64,000 bases of DNA from an uncultured Verrucomicrobiae bacterium (GTDB taxonomy: Bacteria > Verrucomicrobiota > Verrucomicrobiia > Chthoniobacterales > Chthoniobacteraceae). Both the position numbers and the translations under genes were made by a program. Of this stretch, positions 38,354 to 48,900 are shown piece after piece. The stretch covers positions 1,024,001 through 1,088,000 of the forward strand of contig CAWIKF010000002.1 of the NCBI GenBank assembly GCA_963836755.1. The letters run 5' to 3'. Under the pieces are notes generated by a model that saw nothing but the letters and a program-made list of their open reading frames with translations, did not search any database and was not told where the DNA came from. Position 1 is the stretch's first letter; each line of letters starts with the position of its first letter.

Positions 38354-39154
38354 GTGATCAACGTGGCGGGTGCAACAAAAAACATTGTGGTGGTGGGCTA
38401 TCCGAAAAGCGGCTGCACATGGCTTGCGAGGCTGATCGCCGAGTTGCTGGACTGCTCGGTCGGTGGTTTGTGGGATGCCGCGCGAAAGGGATTGCCCGTA
38501 AAAGGCGTTCACCGCGTCTCGGAATTCCGCTGCTTCAAATCGCACGAGCAACTGCATGAGTTGGAACGCACGACTGCGGGAGAGCGGCTCATCTACATTA
38601 TCCGGGACCCGCGCGACATCGCGGTCGCCGGAGCGGATCAACTTCACATCGCGCGATGGGAAAGTTTGATGAAGCCGTTGATCAGAATTCTGGGCGATCA
38701 AAACGCGGCACGCAAATTTTCGCAGCGTTTCTTTTCATCCGAAAAATATCGCCTCCGTCGGATGTGCCGCGCTGTGCTTTACGGTTGCGCGCGGGTTCAC
38801 CTTTTCTGCCGCGTGCCGTGGAAAGCGCATTATCTGCCTTATCACCAAAGAGGCGTTCTCTTTGTGCGATACGAAGACCTTCATGCCTCGCCAATCGAGG
38901 AGTGCGTGCGCATCCTTTCTTTTTTGGAAATGCCGCGAGACTTTGGTGCCATTGAGCAGGCGATCGAGAAGCAGTCGCGCCCGAACCGCAGAAGCCGGTT
39001 CCATGAAAGTGGAGAAGCGCGCGAGGAGAAGTTGCTGGGACGCGGCGCGCCCGGCGAATGGAAGCAGAAGCTCTCGGCATCGCAGAAAAAACTTTTTCTG
39101 CGCGAATTGCCGGAGGAGCTGAGCGGTTTTGGCTACCCGTCGCGAAACCACTAG
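38354..39154 (+). CDS. Sulfotransferase domain protein
   Basis: 5'-PSB YPKSGCTW, KSH, 3'-PB RDPRD, RYEDL and RG.PGEWK motifs. Confidence 0.88.
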   Translation: MINVAGATKNIVVVGYPKSGCTWLARLIAELLDCSVGGLWDAARKGLPVKGVHRVSEFRCFKSHEQLHELERTTAGERLIYIIRDPRDIAVAGADQLHIARWESLMKPLIRILGDQNAARKFSQRFFSSEKYRLRRMCRAVLYGCARVHLFCRVPWKAHYLPYHQRGVLFVRYEDLHASPIEECVRILSFLEMPRDFGAIEQAIEKQSRPNRRSRFHESGEAREEKLLGRGAPGEWKQKLSASQKKLFLRELPEELSGFGYPSRNH

Positions 39155-39181
39155 CCGCGGACGGTTTGCTCGCGCGTCCGC

Positions 39182-41671
39182 TTAGGCAGCGGCTTTGGCG
39201 GGAGCCGGCTTTGCCGGTTTCTTTTCACGCGCAGCAAATTCCCATCCGATTTTTCCCTTCGCGTCGAGGGTCAGGTGGGCCGAGAAGCTTTTGCCTTTTC
39301 CTTTTTTCGAGACGAAGCCGTTGATGAGATCGGTCTTGCCAGTGGTGAGCAGTTTTTGGATTTGCGCGGTCGGAAGTTGTTTTTGAAGGATGACTTTGCC
39401 AATGCGGAGGTCGCATGTCTTCGCTTCGGCTGCGGCGTTTTCGCAGATGAACGCGCTGTCAGTCTCGAAGACGGTTCCTTTTTTGCAGACGGGGCAGGGG
39501 GCGATCGGCGTGGCGCCGGTGAGGTCGACAGCTTGTTTCGTGTCGCCGTTGTCAAAGTCGAACTGCGGTTTGAAGTCTTCACCGAGCTTAATGATGGCGC
39601 TGAATGCGCGGCCCATCTTGCTGCGGAAACCATCGAGCGGGCCGACTTTGCCCTCAGTGAGAAGGGTGCGGATTTCCTCCGGCTCGAACTCGCGGCCCGC
39701 CATGCTTTTCCAGATGCGGAGCGCGCAGCCGGCGCAGGTGTAGGTGCGGTAGTCTTCCTTAAACGGGCCGCCGCCGCACTTCGGGCATTTGATGTCGAGA
39801 GTGAGGAACTCCCCTTCGATCGGCTTTTCGCCGAAGGCTTTGACTTTCTCGACGATGTCGCTGGTGAGGCCGCGGATCTCGCGCATGAAGAGGTCGCGCG
39901 AAAGTTCGCCACGCTCCATTTGCTTGAGCTTGAATTCCCATTCGCCCGTCATCTCCGGCTTGCAAAGCGTCTCCGCGCGGAGGTTGCGCAGCAGCGTGAT
40001 GAGTGAAATGCCTTTCGCCGTGGCGATGAGCTCCCGGCCTTTGCGCTCGGCGTAACCCTCAAAGATGAGGCCCTCGATGATCGATGCGCGCGTGGCCGGC
40101 GTGCCGAGGCCTTTTTCGCGCATCGCTTCGCGCAATTCCTCGTCCTCGACAAATTTGCCCGCGCCTTCCATCGCGGAGAGCAGCGTCGCGTCATTGAATC
40201 GCGCGGCGGGTTTCGTCTCGCTTTCCTTGATTTCAATGGCCTCGACTTTCGCGATTTCTCCGGCGGTGATCGGCACGAGCGCTTTGTCGGACTCGGCTTC
40301 CGTCTCGGATTGGCGACCGTAAACTTCAAGCCAGCCGGGCTTCACCACGATCTTGCCGTCCGTCTTAAACTTCTCGCCGGCGACCGTGGTGATGCGCGTG
40401 GTCAGCTCAAATTCCGCCGCAGGAAAAAATACCGCGATGAAACGCCGCGCGACCATGTCGTAAACTTTGGCGTGAATCTCATCGAGGGACTTCGCGTCGG
40501 CGCCGGTCGGAACGATGGCAAAGTGGTCGCTGATTTTCGCGTTGTTAAAGATGCGTTTGTTCGGATGCACCCAGCCGTTGTTTAACGCTTTGCTGGCGTG
40601 GTTCGCGAGGCTCGCGTCGCCGAAACTGCCGAGCACGTTTTTCGCGGTGCCGATGTAATCTTCTGGCAGGTAACGCGAATCGGTGCGCGGATAAGTCAGG
40701 ACTTTGTAACGCTCGTAAAGCGCCTGCGCGATCTGCAGCGTGCGGCGCGCCGAGAGCCCGAAGCGCGAATTCGCCTCGCGCTGCAGCGTCGTCAAATCGT
40801 AAAGCTGCGGCGCAATTTGAGTCTGCGGCTTTTTCTCCTCGGTGATCGCGCCCGTCTGGCCGTCGCAGTTTGCCTTGATTTCATCAGCCTTCGCGCGATC
40901 CCAGATCCGTTCCGCGCGGGCATCTTCGTCCGCGCCTTTTTTAAAAGTTTCGTCGAACCAGCGGCCGCGATAGCTGCCGGCATCGACGCCGAAATCACCG
41001 AAGACCTCGAAATAAGTGCGCGCCTGAAACGCGCGGATTTTTTCCTCGCGCTCAACGAGAATTGCGAGCGTCGGCGTCTGCACGCGGCCCGCGGTCGTCT
41101 TTTGAAAACCGCCTACCTGTCGCGAGTTGAAAGCCGTGAGCGCGCGCGTAGAGTTGATGCCGACGAGCCAGTCGCTCTCCGAGCGCGACACGGCCGCGTC
41201 GGCGAGCGGCTGCATTTCCGCATCGCTCCGCAAACGCCCAAACGCGTCGCGGATTGATTGCGCCGTCATCGATTGCAGCCAAAGTCGGGCGATCGGTTTT
41301 TTCGTGCCGGTGAGTTTGACGAGGTTACGAAAAATCAACTCGCCCTCGCGTCCGGCGTCGCACGCATTGATGAGCGTCTCCACATCCTTGCGCGCGATGA
41401 GCCGTTTCAAAACTTTGTAACGCACCTCGGTTTTGTCGATCGGCTTCAAGTCAAACTCGCTCGGCAGCACCGGCAGATTTTCGAGATTCCACTTCCCGCG
41501 CTTCACCTCGACACCCTCCGGCGCGCAAAGCTCGACGAGATGGCCGATGGCCGACGAGATCACGTAGCGGTCGTTTTCGAACCAGTCGCTCTGCTTCTCA
41601 AACTTCCCGAGCACGCGCGCCAGGTCGGCCGCGACGCTCGGTTTTTCCGCGATGATCAAGGCTTTGCCCAT
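39182..41671 (-). CDS. topB: Type IA DNA topoisomerase (topoisomerase III type) with C-terminal zinc-ribbon repeats
   Basis: AEKPSVA, DAGREGELI, GRVQTPTL, TYPRTD and GLGTPATRA motifs. Confidence 0.93.
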   Translation of the reverse strand: MGKALIIAEKPSVAADLARVLGKFEKQSDWFENDRYVISSAIGHLVELCAPEGVEVKRGKWNLENLPVLPSEFDLKPIDKTEVRYKVLKRLIARKDVETLINACDAGREGELIFRNLVKLTGTKKPIARLWLQSMTAQSIRDAFGRLRSDAEMQPLADAAVSRSESDWLVGINSTRALTAFNSRQVGGFQKTTAGRVQTPTLAILVEREEKIRAFQARTYFEVFGDFGVDAGSYRGRWFDETFKKGADEDARAERIWDRAKADEIKANCDGQTGAITEEKKPQTQIAPQLYDLTTLQREANSRFGLSARRTLQIAQALYERYKVLTYPRTDSRYLPEDYIGTAKNVLGSFGDASLANHASKALNNGWVHPNKRIFNNAKISDHFAIVPTGADAKSLDEIHAKVYDMVARRFIAVFFPAAEFELTTRITTVAGEKFKTDGKIVVKPGWLEVYGRQSETEAESDKALVPITAGEIAKVEAIEIKESETKPAARFNDATLLSAMEGAGKFVEDEELREAMREKGLGTPATRASIIEGLIFEGYAERKGRELIATAKGISLITLLRNLRAETLCKPEMTGEWEFKLKQMERGELSRDLFMREIRGLTSDIVEKVKAFGEKPIEGEFLTLDIKCPKCGGGPFKEDYRTYTCAGCALRIWKSMAGREFEPEEIRTLLTEGKVGPLDGFRSKMGRAFSAIIKLGEDFKPQFDFDNGDTKQAVDLTGATPIAPCPVCKKGTVFETDSAFICENAAAEAKTCDLRIGKVILQKQLPTAQIQKLLTTGKTDLINGFVSKKGKGKSFSAHLTLDAKGKIGWEFAAREKKPAKPAPAKAAA

Positions 41672-42762
41672 TAGTTTAATTTCACGAAATGCTGGCCGGG
41701 CAGTTGTTTAACAAGGCGTTTCATTTCGAGGGCGAGCAAGGTAGAAGACACTTTCCCGGATGGCAAACTGGTTTTTGCAATGATCGCATCGATCGGCGTC
41801 TCCGCCTCGTCCAGCGCAGCATAAACGGCCTGCTCGTCCCCCTGCAGGGAAGTGGCGCGCGCGGAAGGCCGCGGCTGCGGAGACTCATGAAAAAGCACGT
41901 GCATCTCGTCGAGAATGTCGCCCGCGCTCATCACGAGTTTCGCGCCTTGCTGGATCAGCCGGTTGGAGCCCGCCGCGCTCGGCCGGTCGATCTGTCCGGG
42001 CACCGCATAAACACTGCGCCCGCAGTCGATGGCTTGCGACGCGGTAATGAGCGCGCCGCTGTTCAGTCCCGCCTCGACCACGAGCACGCCAGAGCCCCAG
42101 CCCGCCACGATGCGGTTGCGCATTGGAAAAGTTTGCACGTCCGCTTTCACGTCCATGGAAAATTCCGTCACGACCGCGCCCGATTCTGCGATTTTTTCCG
42201 CGAGCGGGATGTTTTCGGCTGGATAAATCTTGTTTAAACCAGAGCCAAGCACCGAAATCGTTCGCCCCTTCGCCGCGAGCGCGCCTTGATGAGCCGCGGT
42301 GTCGATGCCGCGCGCAAGTCCGCTCACCACGCTGACGCCGGCGTAAGCGAGCTGATACGAAAGTTTTTTCGCCGACTCCGTTCCGTAATGGCTCGCTTGT
42401 CGCGATCCGACGACGCCGATGGCATGTTCCGGTTGTTCTAACAAGCGCCCCCACACGTAAAGCACGATCGGTGCGCTGTGGATTTCTCGCAGCAGCGGCG
42501 GGTAATCGCGCGACTCCTGCGTCACGACATGCGCGCCGACCTTCTCAATTCGCGCCAGTTCCGCCGCTAGATCCACCTGCTCTTCCCACTTTGCAATCGT
42601 CGCCGCGACTTCTGGCCCGATGCCAGCCACGGCGCGCAAATCAGCCGGCTTTGCCTGCAAAATCTGCTGCGGCTTTTGAAAGACCTCGAGCAATTTGCGC
42701 AGCCGCACCGGTCCCATTCCCGGGATCATGTTCAGTGCGATGCACGCCTCCGTCTCCGTCAT
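41671..42762 (-). CDS. dprA: DNA-processing protein DprA
   Basis: VGSR, SGLARGID, FPMRNRI and SGALITA motifs; C-terminal winged helix. Confidence 0.96.
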   Translation of the reverse strand: MTETEACIALNMIPGMGPVRLRKLLEVFQKPQQILQAKPADLRAVAGIGPEVAATIAKWEEQVDLAAELARIEKVGAHVVTQESRDYPPLLREIHSAPIVLYVWGRLLEQPEHAIGVVGSRQASHYGTESAKKLSYQLAYAGVSVVSGLARGIDTAAHQGALAAKGRTISVLGSGLNKIYPAENIPLAEKIAESGAVVTEFSMDVKADVQTFPMRNRIVAGWGSGVLVVEAGLNSGALITASQAIDCGRSVYAVPGQIDRPSAAGSNRLIQQGAKLVMSAGDILDEMHVLFHESPQPRPSARATSLQGDEQAVYAALDEAETPIDAIIAKTSLPSGKVSSTLLALEMKRLVKQLPGQHFVKLN

Positions 42763-42803
42763 GGCGGGAAAGTAACACGCGCGTCAAATGCGGCGGAGGG
42801 GAG

Positions 42804-42880
42804 TGGTCGGGCTGGCGGGATTCGAACCCGCGGCCTCCTGCACCCGAGGCAGGCGCTCTACCAAGCTGAGCCACAGCCCG
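42804..42880 (-). tRNA. tRNA-Pro (anticodon CGG), CCA encoded
   Basis: CGGGCTGTGGCTCAGCTTGGTAGAGCG CCTGC-CTCGGGT-GCAGG AGGCC GCGGGTTCGAATCCCGC CAGCCCGACCA. Confidence 0.97.
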
Positions 42881-42941
42881 AATTTGTGAGCGAGCAAACT
42901 AACACCGCAGCCGGGCCGGTCAACTCAATTGGAACGGCCAC

Positions 42942-45900
42942 TCAAGCCGCCGAATCGCCGTTGCCTGCCAGCCGCGCGATTTGCTCTTTTTGCGCGGCGA
43001 GTTCTTTTTGCAATTGCTCCATCGCCTGATCGCGCTCGCGCATCAACGCATTAAAATTTTCGCCGACCGCGTGGAGCTCGAGCTTGCTTTCGCGTTTCAC
43101 GGTTGCAATTTGCTCCTTCAATTCCGACACACGCTGGCGCGCGGCGGCGAGCTCTTCCTGAGCGACGCGCGCCTTCTCGGCCTCGGAATTTTTTTCCGCG
43201 AGAAGCTGCTCCCGCACGCGCGTCAAATTCTCGATCTCACGCTGCTTTTCAGAGATGGCCTGCGAAACTTTTTTCGCATCATCCTTGCCGCGACTGACTT
43301 TGTCGAGCTGCACCCGCAGGTCGCCGAGCTCCTGAATGTAAGCCTGCTTCGCGTCATCGAGCTTGTCGTAGTGAAGTTGTTTTTGCTGCGCCAACTCTGC
43401 CGTCACCGCACGATGTTTCGCGTCGAGTTCATCGCGCTGCGCAGACAGCGTCGAAATTTGCCCGCCGTGCTTTGATTCCATCTCCGCAAGCAGACGTTCG
43501 TGTTCCGCGTGCGCCTTTGCGGCGGAGGCGAGCGCGGTTTCTCTTTCGCGCGTCGCCTGCTGGCTCGCGGCCTGCAGCGCTTCCGCGCGTTTTTTGAAAT
43601 CTTCGTTCAACGCCGCGATTTGCTGCCGGTGATTCTCGCCAAGCGCCGCGATTTGCGCAGTGAGCTGCTCGCGCTCCTGCGTGAGGCGCGCCTGCTCGGC
43701 AGCGGCAGATTCGCGTTCCGAATCCAAAGACGAAATGCGCGCTTTTTGTTCGTCGGCTGTCCGCTGCAATTCCGCGAGCGCCACTTCCCGCTCGCGCGAT
43801 GCCGCGTTGATCTCTTCCAGTGCCTTTGCCTTGTTTTGCAATTCCGTTTCGAGCGCGGCGATGCGCGCTTTGTGACCGCTGTCAGTCTGCGACAATTGTG
43901 CAGCGATGCGATCGCGCTCCGTTGTCAGAGCCTTTTCGGCATCGGCAGCGTCCTCGCGCAATTTTTCCAGCGCAGCCTCCGCCTCCTGCTTCTCGCGCGC
44001 CGTTTGGCCACGGCTTTCGCGCAGGGCTGCGAGCTGCTTTTCATAATCCTCGCGCAAATTTTCGATCTGCTGCCGTTGCGAATTTTCGATCTGCACGATT
44101 CGCAGAGTGAGCTGGTCGCGGTGCGCCGCGAGCTCTTCCACGCGCTCATCGAATTCTGCATTGAGCGTCGTGATCCGCTTTTCCGCAGCGTCGCGCGTGG
44201 CGTCAATTTCCGCCAACGCCGCAGCTCGTTCTTCAAAAACAGCGTAGAGCTGCTTGCCAAGCGCGTCGGCCTGCTCTTTCGATTCCTTGCGCAGCTCGCG
44301 CAGTTGCCGCAAAGTTTTGTCGCGGTCGGCCGCCGCGGCATCGCGTTCCTTTGCGAAAATCTCCGCCTGCGCGCCATGATCGCGGCGCACCTCGGCGAGC
44401 TCGCTCTGCAATCGCTCGCGCAGCGCCTCGAGGTCGCGATTCGCATTTGCAATGGCCTCGTCTTTCGCGAGCACGATCGCCTCGCGTTCCTGCTGCAGAG
44501 CCACCGCGCGCTTCGCATGCTCCTCGGCGGCGGCGTCGATTTGTTTCGCAAATTGCTCGCGTGCCTCGGCCAGTTGCGCGGTTGATTCCTCGACCGCCTG
44601 CGCCAGCGCTTCGCGCTCTTGCGTCAAAGTTGCGAGCCGCTCGTTCATTGCCCGCGCCGTCTGCTCGATTTGCTCGCGCTGCATCGTCGCTTCCGCGAGC
44701 GCGCGTTGATGGCCTTCGCTTAAGGCATGCAACTGCTCTTGATGATCAGCGGCCGACTCGGTCAAACGCGCCTTTGCATGTTCCAGCTCGCGTTCCGTTT
44801 TGTTTAACGCGTCGTTTTTCTCGTCGCGCTCGTGCTGAAGTGCGATTGCCCGTTTCGCATGTTCCTCCGCGGCAGTTTCGAGCTGCTTTTGAAATTCTGC
44901 AGCAGTCGCGGCGAGCTTCGTCAGCGCTTCATCGCGAGCCTGCGTGAGTGCCTCCCGTTCCTCTTCCAGAGCGGTTCTCCGATGATTCGACTCGTCCGCG
45001 GCTTTCGCGATTTCTTCACGCTGCGCCTCGGCGTCCAGCAACGCGCGCCGATGAATTTCGCCGATCGACTTCAGCTGTTCCTGATGCTCTTTCTCAGCCT
45101 GCTCGCGCGCATTTTGGATCGCAGCGCGCTCTTCTTCAACCGCGTGCAACTTTTGCTCCAACTCAGAAATGTGCCGCGTCCGCGCCTCGGTGCTCGCCGC
45201 CATTTCCGTGCGAGTTTCCTCGAGATCTCGCGCAAACTGATCGCGCTGATGGCGCAATCCTGACACCTCGGCTTCGTGCTCAACTTTCGCCACCGCGAAT
45301 TGCTCCGTGCGCTCTTTCGCCTGTGCGAGTTCCGCCTGAAGCTGGTCGCGATCGGATTGCAGCGCGCCGCGTTGCGCATCGAGCGCGGCGATTTGTTTTT
45401 CGAGGTCCGCGCGCAAAGTTTGCGTCCCTTGCTCGAGTCGCGAGGTCTCCGCCGCGAGGTGCGCCGCAGTTTCATCGCGCTCGCGGATGACGCCGTGAAG
45501 CTGCTGCGTCAATTCCTCGACCTGCATCTTGTAATCGCGCCGGATTCGCGCGAGCTCGCCCGTGATTTTTTCGTTTTCCTTCCGAGCCTGCGAAAGTTGG
45601 TGATCGTGCGCAACCCGCGCCGTTGCTAGCTCCGCGGCGATTTCGTCGTGACGCGCACGCGCGGCGGCGTCCAGACTTTTTTGATTCTCGGCAGCTTCCT
45701 TGAGCTGTTCCAAAAGTGCCTCGCGTTCGTGCAACGCTGCGTCGCGCTGGCCTGCGACGGCGTCGAAACGGTGCATTTCCTCGTCGCGGACGGTCTGCAA
45801 TTCGGCGGCAGCCGCGGCGCGAACGCCGGCGATCGCCTCTTCTAATTCCTTTTGATGCTGCTCGCGCGCCAGCGCCATCGCCCCGTTGAGACGATGGTTT

Positions 45901-48900
45901 TCCGCAATCATCTGCTCGCGCTGTTTTTCAAAATTCGCGCGCGCTTCGGCGAGCTCCTCGCGAACTTTTTCACGTTCGCGCGAGGTCTCTTCGTGCTGGT
46001 GACGCAGCGCATCAATCTGCTGCTGATTTCCCTCGTTCGCGTGGGCAAACGCAGCCGCGAGCTGGTCTTTCGCCAGCGCGATTTCGTTGCGCTGCTGCTC
46101 GGCAAAATCCGCTTGCTTCCGATGCTCCGCGACGAGCGCCTCGATTTTCGCCTGGTGATTCGCATCCGCCGTTTCGCGCTGCGCCTGATGATCGCGCGCG
46201 AGCTGCTCTAGTTGTTGTTTGCCTTCCTCGCGAATACGCGCGCCCTGCGCGATCGCGTCGTCGCGCTCGTGCTCGAGCGCCATGCGCAATTGCACGAAAT
46301 GCTCCGCCTTTTTTTGCTGCTCCGCATGCAGCGCGGCTAGCTGCTTTTGATGCGCCGCGCCGAGAGCCTCGACCTGTGCCGCATGCTCAGCGCGCGTCGA
46401 TTCGAGCTGCGCTGCGAGTTGCTCGCGCTCGTGATTAAGATCGTTGCGCTGCTGCGTCACTTCGCCAAGCCGCCGCGCGTGATCTGTATTTAGTGCATCG
46501 ACCTGTTTTTGATGCGCATCGATTGCCTGCGCGAGTTTGTAAGACGCCGTGTCGCGCTCGCGCAAAATTTCATCGCGCTGCTTTGTGAGCGCCTCGAGAT
46601 GCTCGCGCGCTTCGCCGGAAATCGTCGCGACATGCGCGGCGTGCTGCTCATTGACCGCCGCGAGCTGCTTCTCGTGCTCGCCGTGCAGATCCACAGTCGC
46701 CTGCTCGTGCTCCTCGCGCATCCGCTGCAACACCGCGAGCAGCGAACTTTTTTCGTGCGCAAACGCGGCGCGCTCCTGCTGAAAAGTTTCTTCCGCACGC
46801 GCCGAATCCGCCTGCAGCGCGAGAATTTGCTCCGCATGTTTTCGATCGAGCGCGGTTTGCTGATTTTTAAAATCCGAAGCGATCGCTGCGATGCGGTTCC
46901 GTTGCTGTTCCTCAGCCGTCGCGAGTTCGGCCGCATGCGCTTCGCGCGCTTGTGCAAACTCCGCCGCGAGCTGCTCTTTCTCGCGCACAATTTCTGCGCG
47001 CTGTTGATTCAGCGCCTCGATTTGCTGCGCATGCGCCGCGTCATTTTGCGCGACGTGCGCAGCATGTTTTTGCCCGAGCGATTCAAGTTCGCCGCGATGA
47101 TTCGCCGACAAAGTTTCCACTTGCTCGTGATGCGACTGGGCGAGCTGCGCCAACTGCTGCCGCGCATTTTCGCCAGCGAGCGCGAGCGCCTGTTTGTGCT
47201 CGTCCTTTGCCTGCGACAATTGCGCGAACGCCATCTCTTTTTCGCGCGTCAGCACAGCGCGCTCCTGCTGGTGTCGCTGCACCAGCATATCGTTCGCTTT
47301 TTGATGATCCTCGTTTAACGCAGCGATTTGCTGGCGGTGCGCGTCAGCGAGATGGTCTAGCTGCTCCGCGCGAAGTTCTTCCGCCGCCTGCAACGCACTT
47401 TTATGCTCATCAATCGCCTGCGCGAGCTGCGCAAAGGCCGATTCTTTTTCCAGCGTGAGCGCGCCGAGTTCCTGTAAATGTTTTTGCGCCAGCGCATCAT
47501 TGTTTTTCTGATGACTCTCGGTGAGCTCCGCGATTTGCTGGTGATGTCTCGCGGCGAGCGCATCGAGCTGTCTCCGCGAACTTTCATCCGCCGCGTGGAG
47601 CGCAGCTTGGTGCTCTTCCTTTGCCTGCGTGAATTGCGCGAGGATTTGCTCGCGTTCGCGCGCCGCGGCCTCGCGCTGTTCGTAATGTTTCTGCGCGAGC
47701 GCCTCGGCCTCGGCCTTGTGCTCTGCGTGCAAAGTTTCCAGTTGCTGCCGATGCTTCAGCTCGACGCCTTCCAGCTGCAGCCGCGCTTTTTCCTGCTCGG
47801 CGGCGAGCGCTTTTTTGTGATCCTCTTTTGCGAGCATCAGCTTTCCAAAAGCGATGTCCTTTTCACGGCCGAGCGCCTCGCGCTGTTCCTGGAATTTCTG
47901 CGTCAGGACTTCGATTTGTTTTTTCTGGTCGGCTAAAAGCGCCTCGATCTGGCGCTTGTGCGCCTGCGCCAAAGCTTCGATCTGCTGGCGCGTTTTTTCC
48001 TGCGCATCGGCCAGCGCTTTTTGATGATCGGAGCGCGCCTGCGCGAGCTCGCGAAGCACCTGCTCTTTTTCGCGGGCGACCGCTTCGCGCTGAACTTTGG
48101 CGGCATCGAGCTGGCGCTGATGCTCGGTGCGCAGCAGATCAAACTCGCGTTTGTGCGCGATGCCGAGCGCATCCATTTTTTCGTGATGCGATTGGCCGAG
48201 CACGTCGAGCTGGCGGCGCGTTTCGACGGCGGCAGCGTCGAGCGCTTTTTTGTGATCCTCCCGCGTCTGCGCGAGTTCGGCGATCACCTGCGCTTTTTCC
48301 TGCACGACAAATTCGCGCTGCTGATTGAGTTGAGCGGCCGCTTTTTCATGCTCCGCGCGCAACGCATTCAGCTCGGCATCATGATTCTGTGCGAGCGCGG
48401 CGACTTGCTTTTTGTGATCGTCGCCGAGGATTTCGATCTGCCGGTGATGATCGTTGCGGACCGTCGCGAATTGTTTTTTGTGCGCTTCCTCGAGCGCGAT
48501 TAATTGCGCGGCGAGTTGTTCGCGTTCGGCAATGATCTGGTCGCGCTGGTTGTCGAGCGATTCGACATGCTTGCGATGATCGGCGTTGAGGAGCTCGAGT
48601 TGTTTTTGATGCGATTCGAGCGCCTGCGAAAGTTGGAACGAAAGCGAATCGCGCTCGCCGATCGCCGTGTCGCGCTGGTCGCTCAACCCGTTAACGCGTT
48701 GCTGGTGCTCCAGTGTCAGCGCCTCGACTTTTTGCCGATGCGATTCATTGAGCGAATCGACGAAACGCTTGTGGTCGTCGCGCGCCTGCGCGAGCTCCGC
48801 GGTCGTCGCATCGCGCTGGCGGATGACCTCGTCGCGCTGCGCGTGGAGCGCGGTGGAGCGCTTGTTGTAATCCTCATCGAGCGCCGCGACGTGCTTGCGA

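Noticed and set aside
42763..42941. Genomic island integrated at tRNA-Pro
   Set aside because: No integrase and no duplicated tRNA 3' end were seen; the flanks are dprA and a gene with native-looking codon usage.
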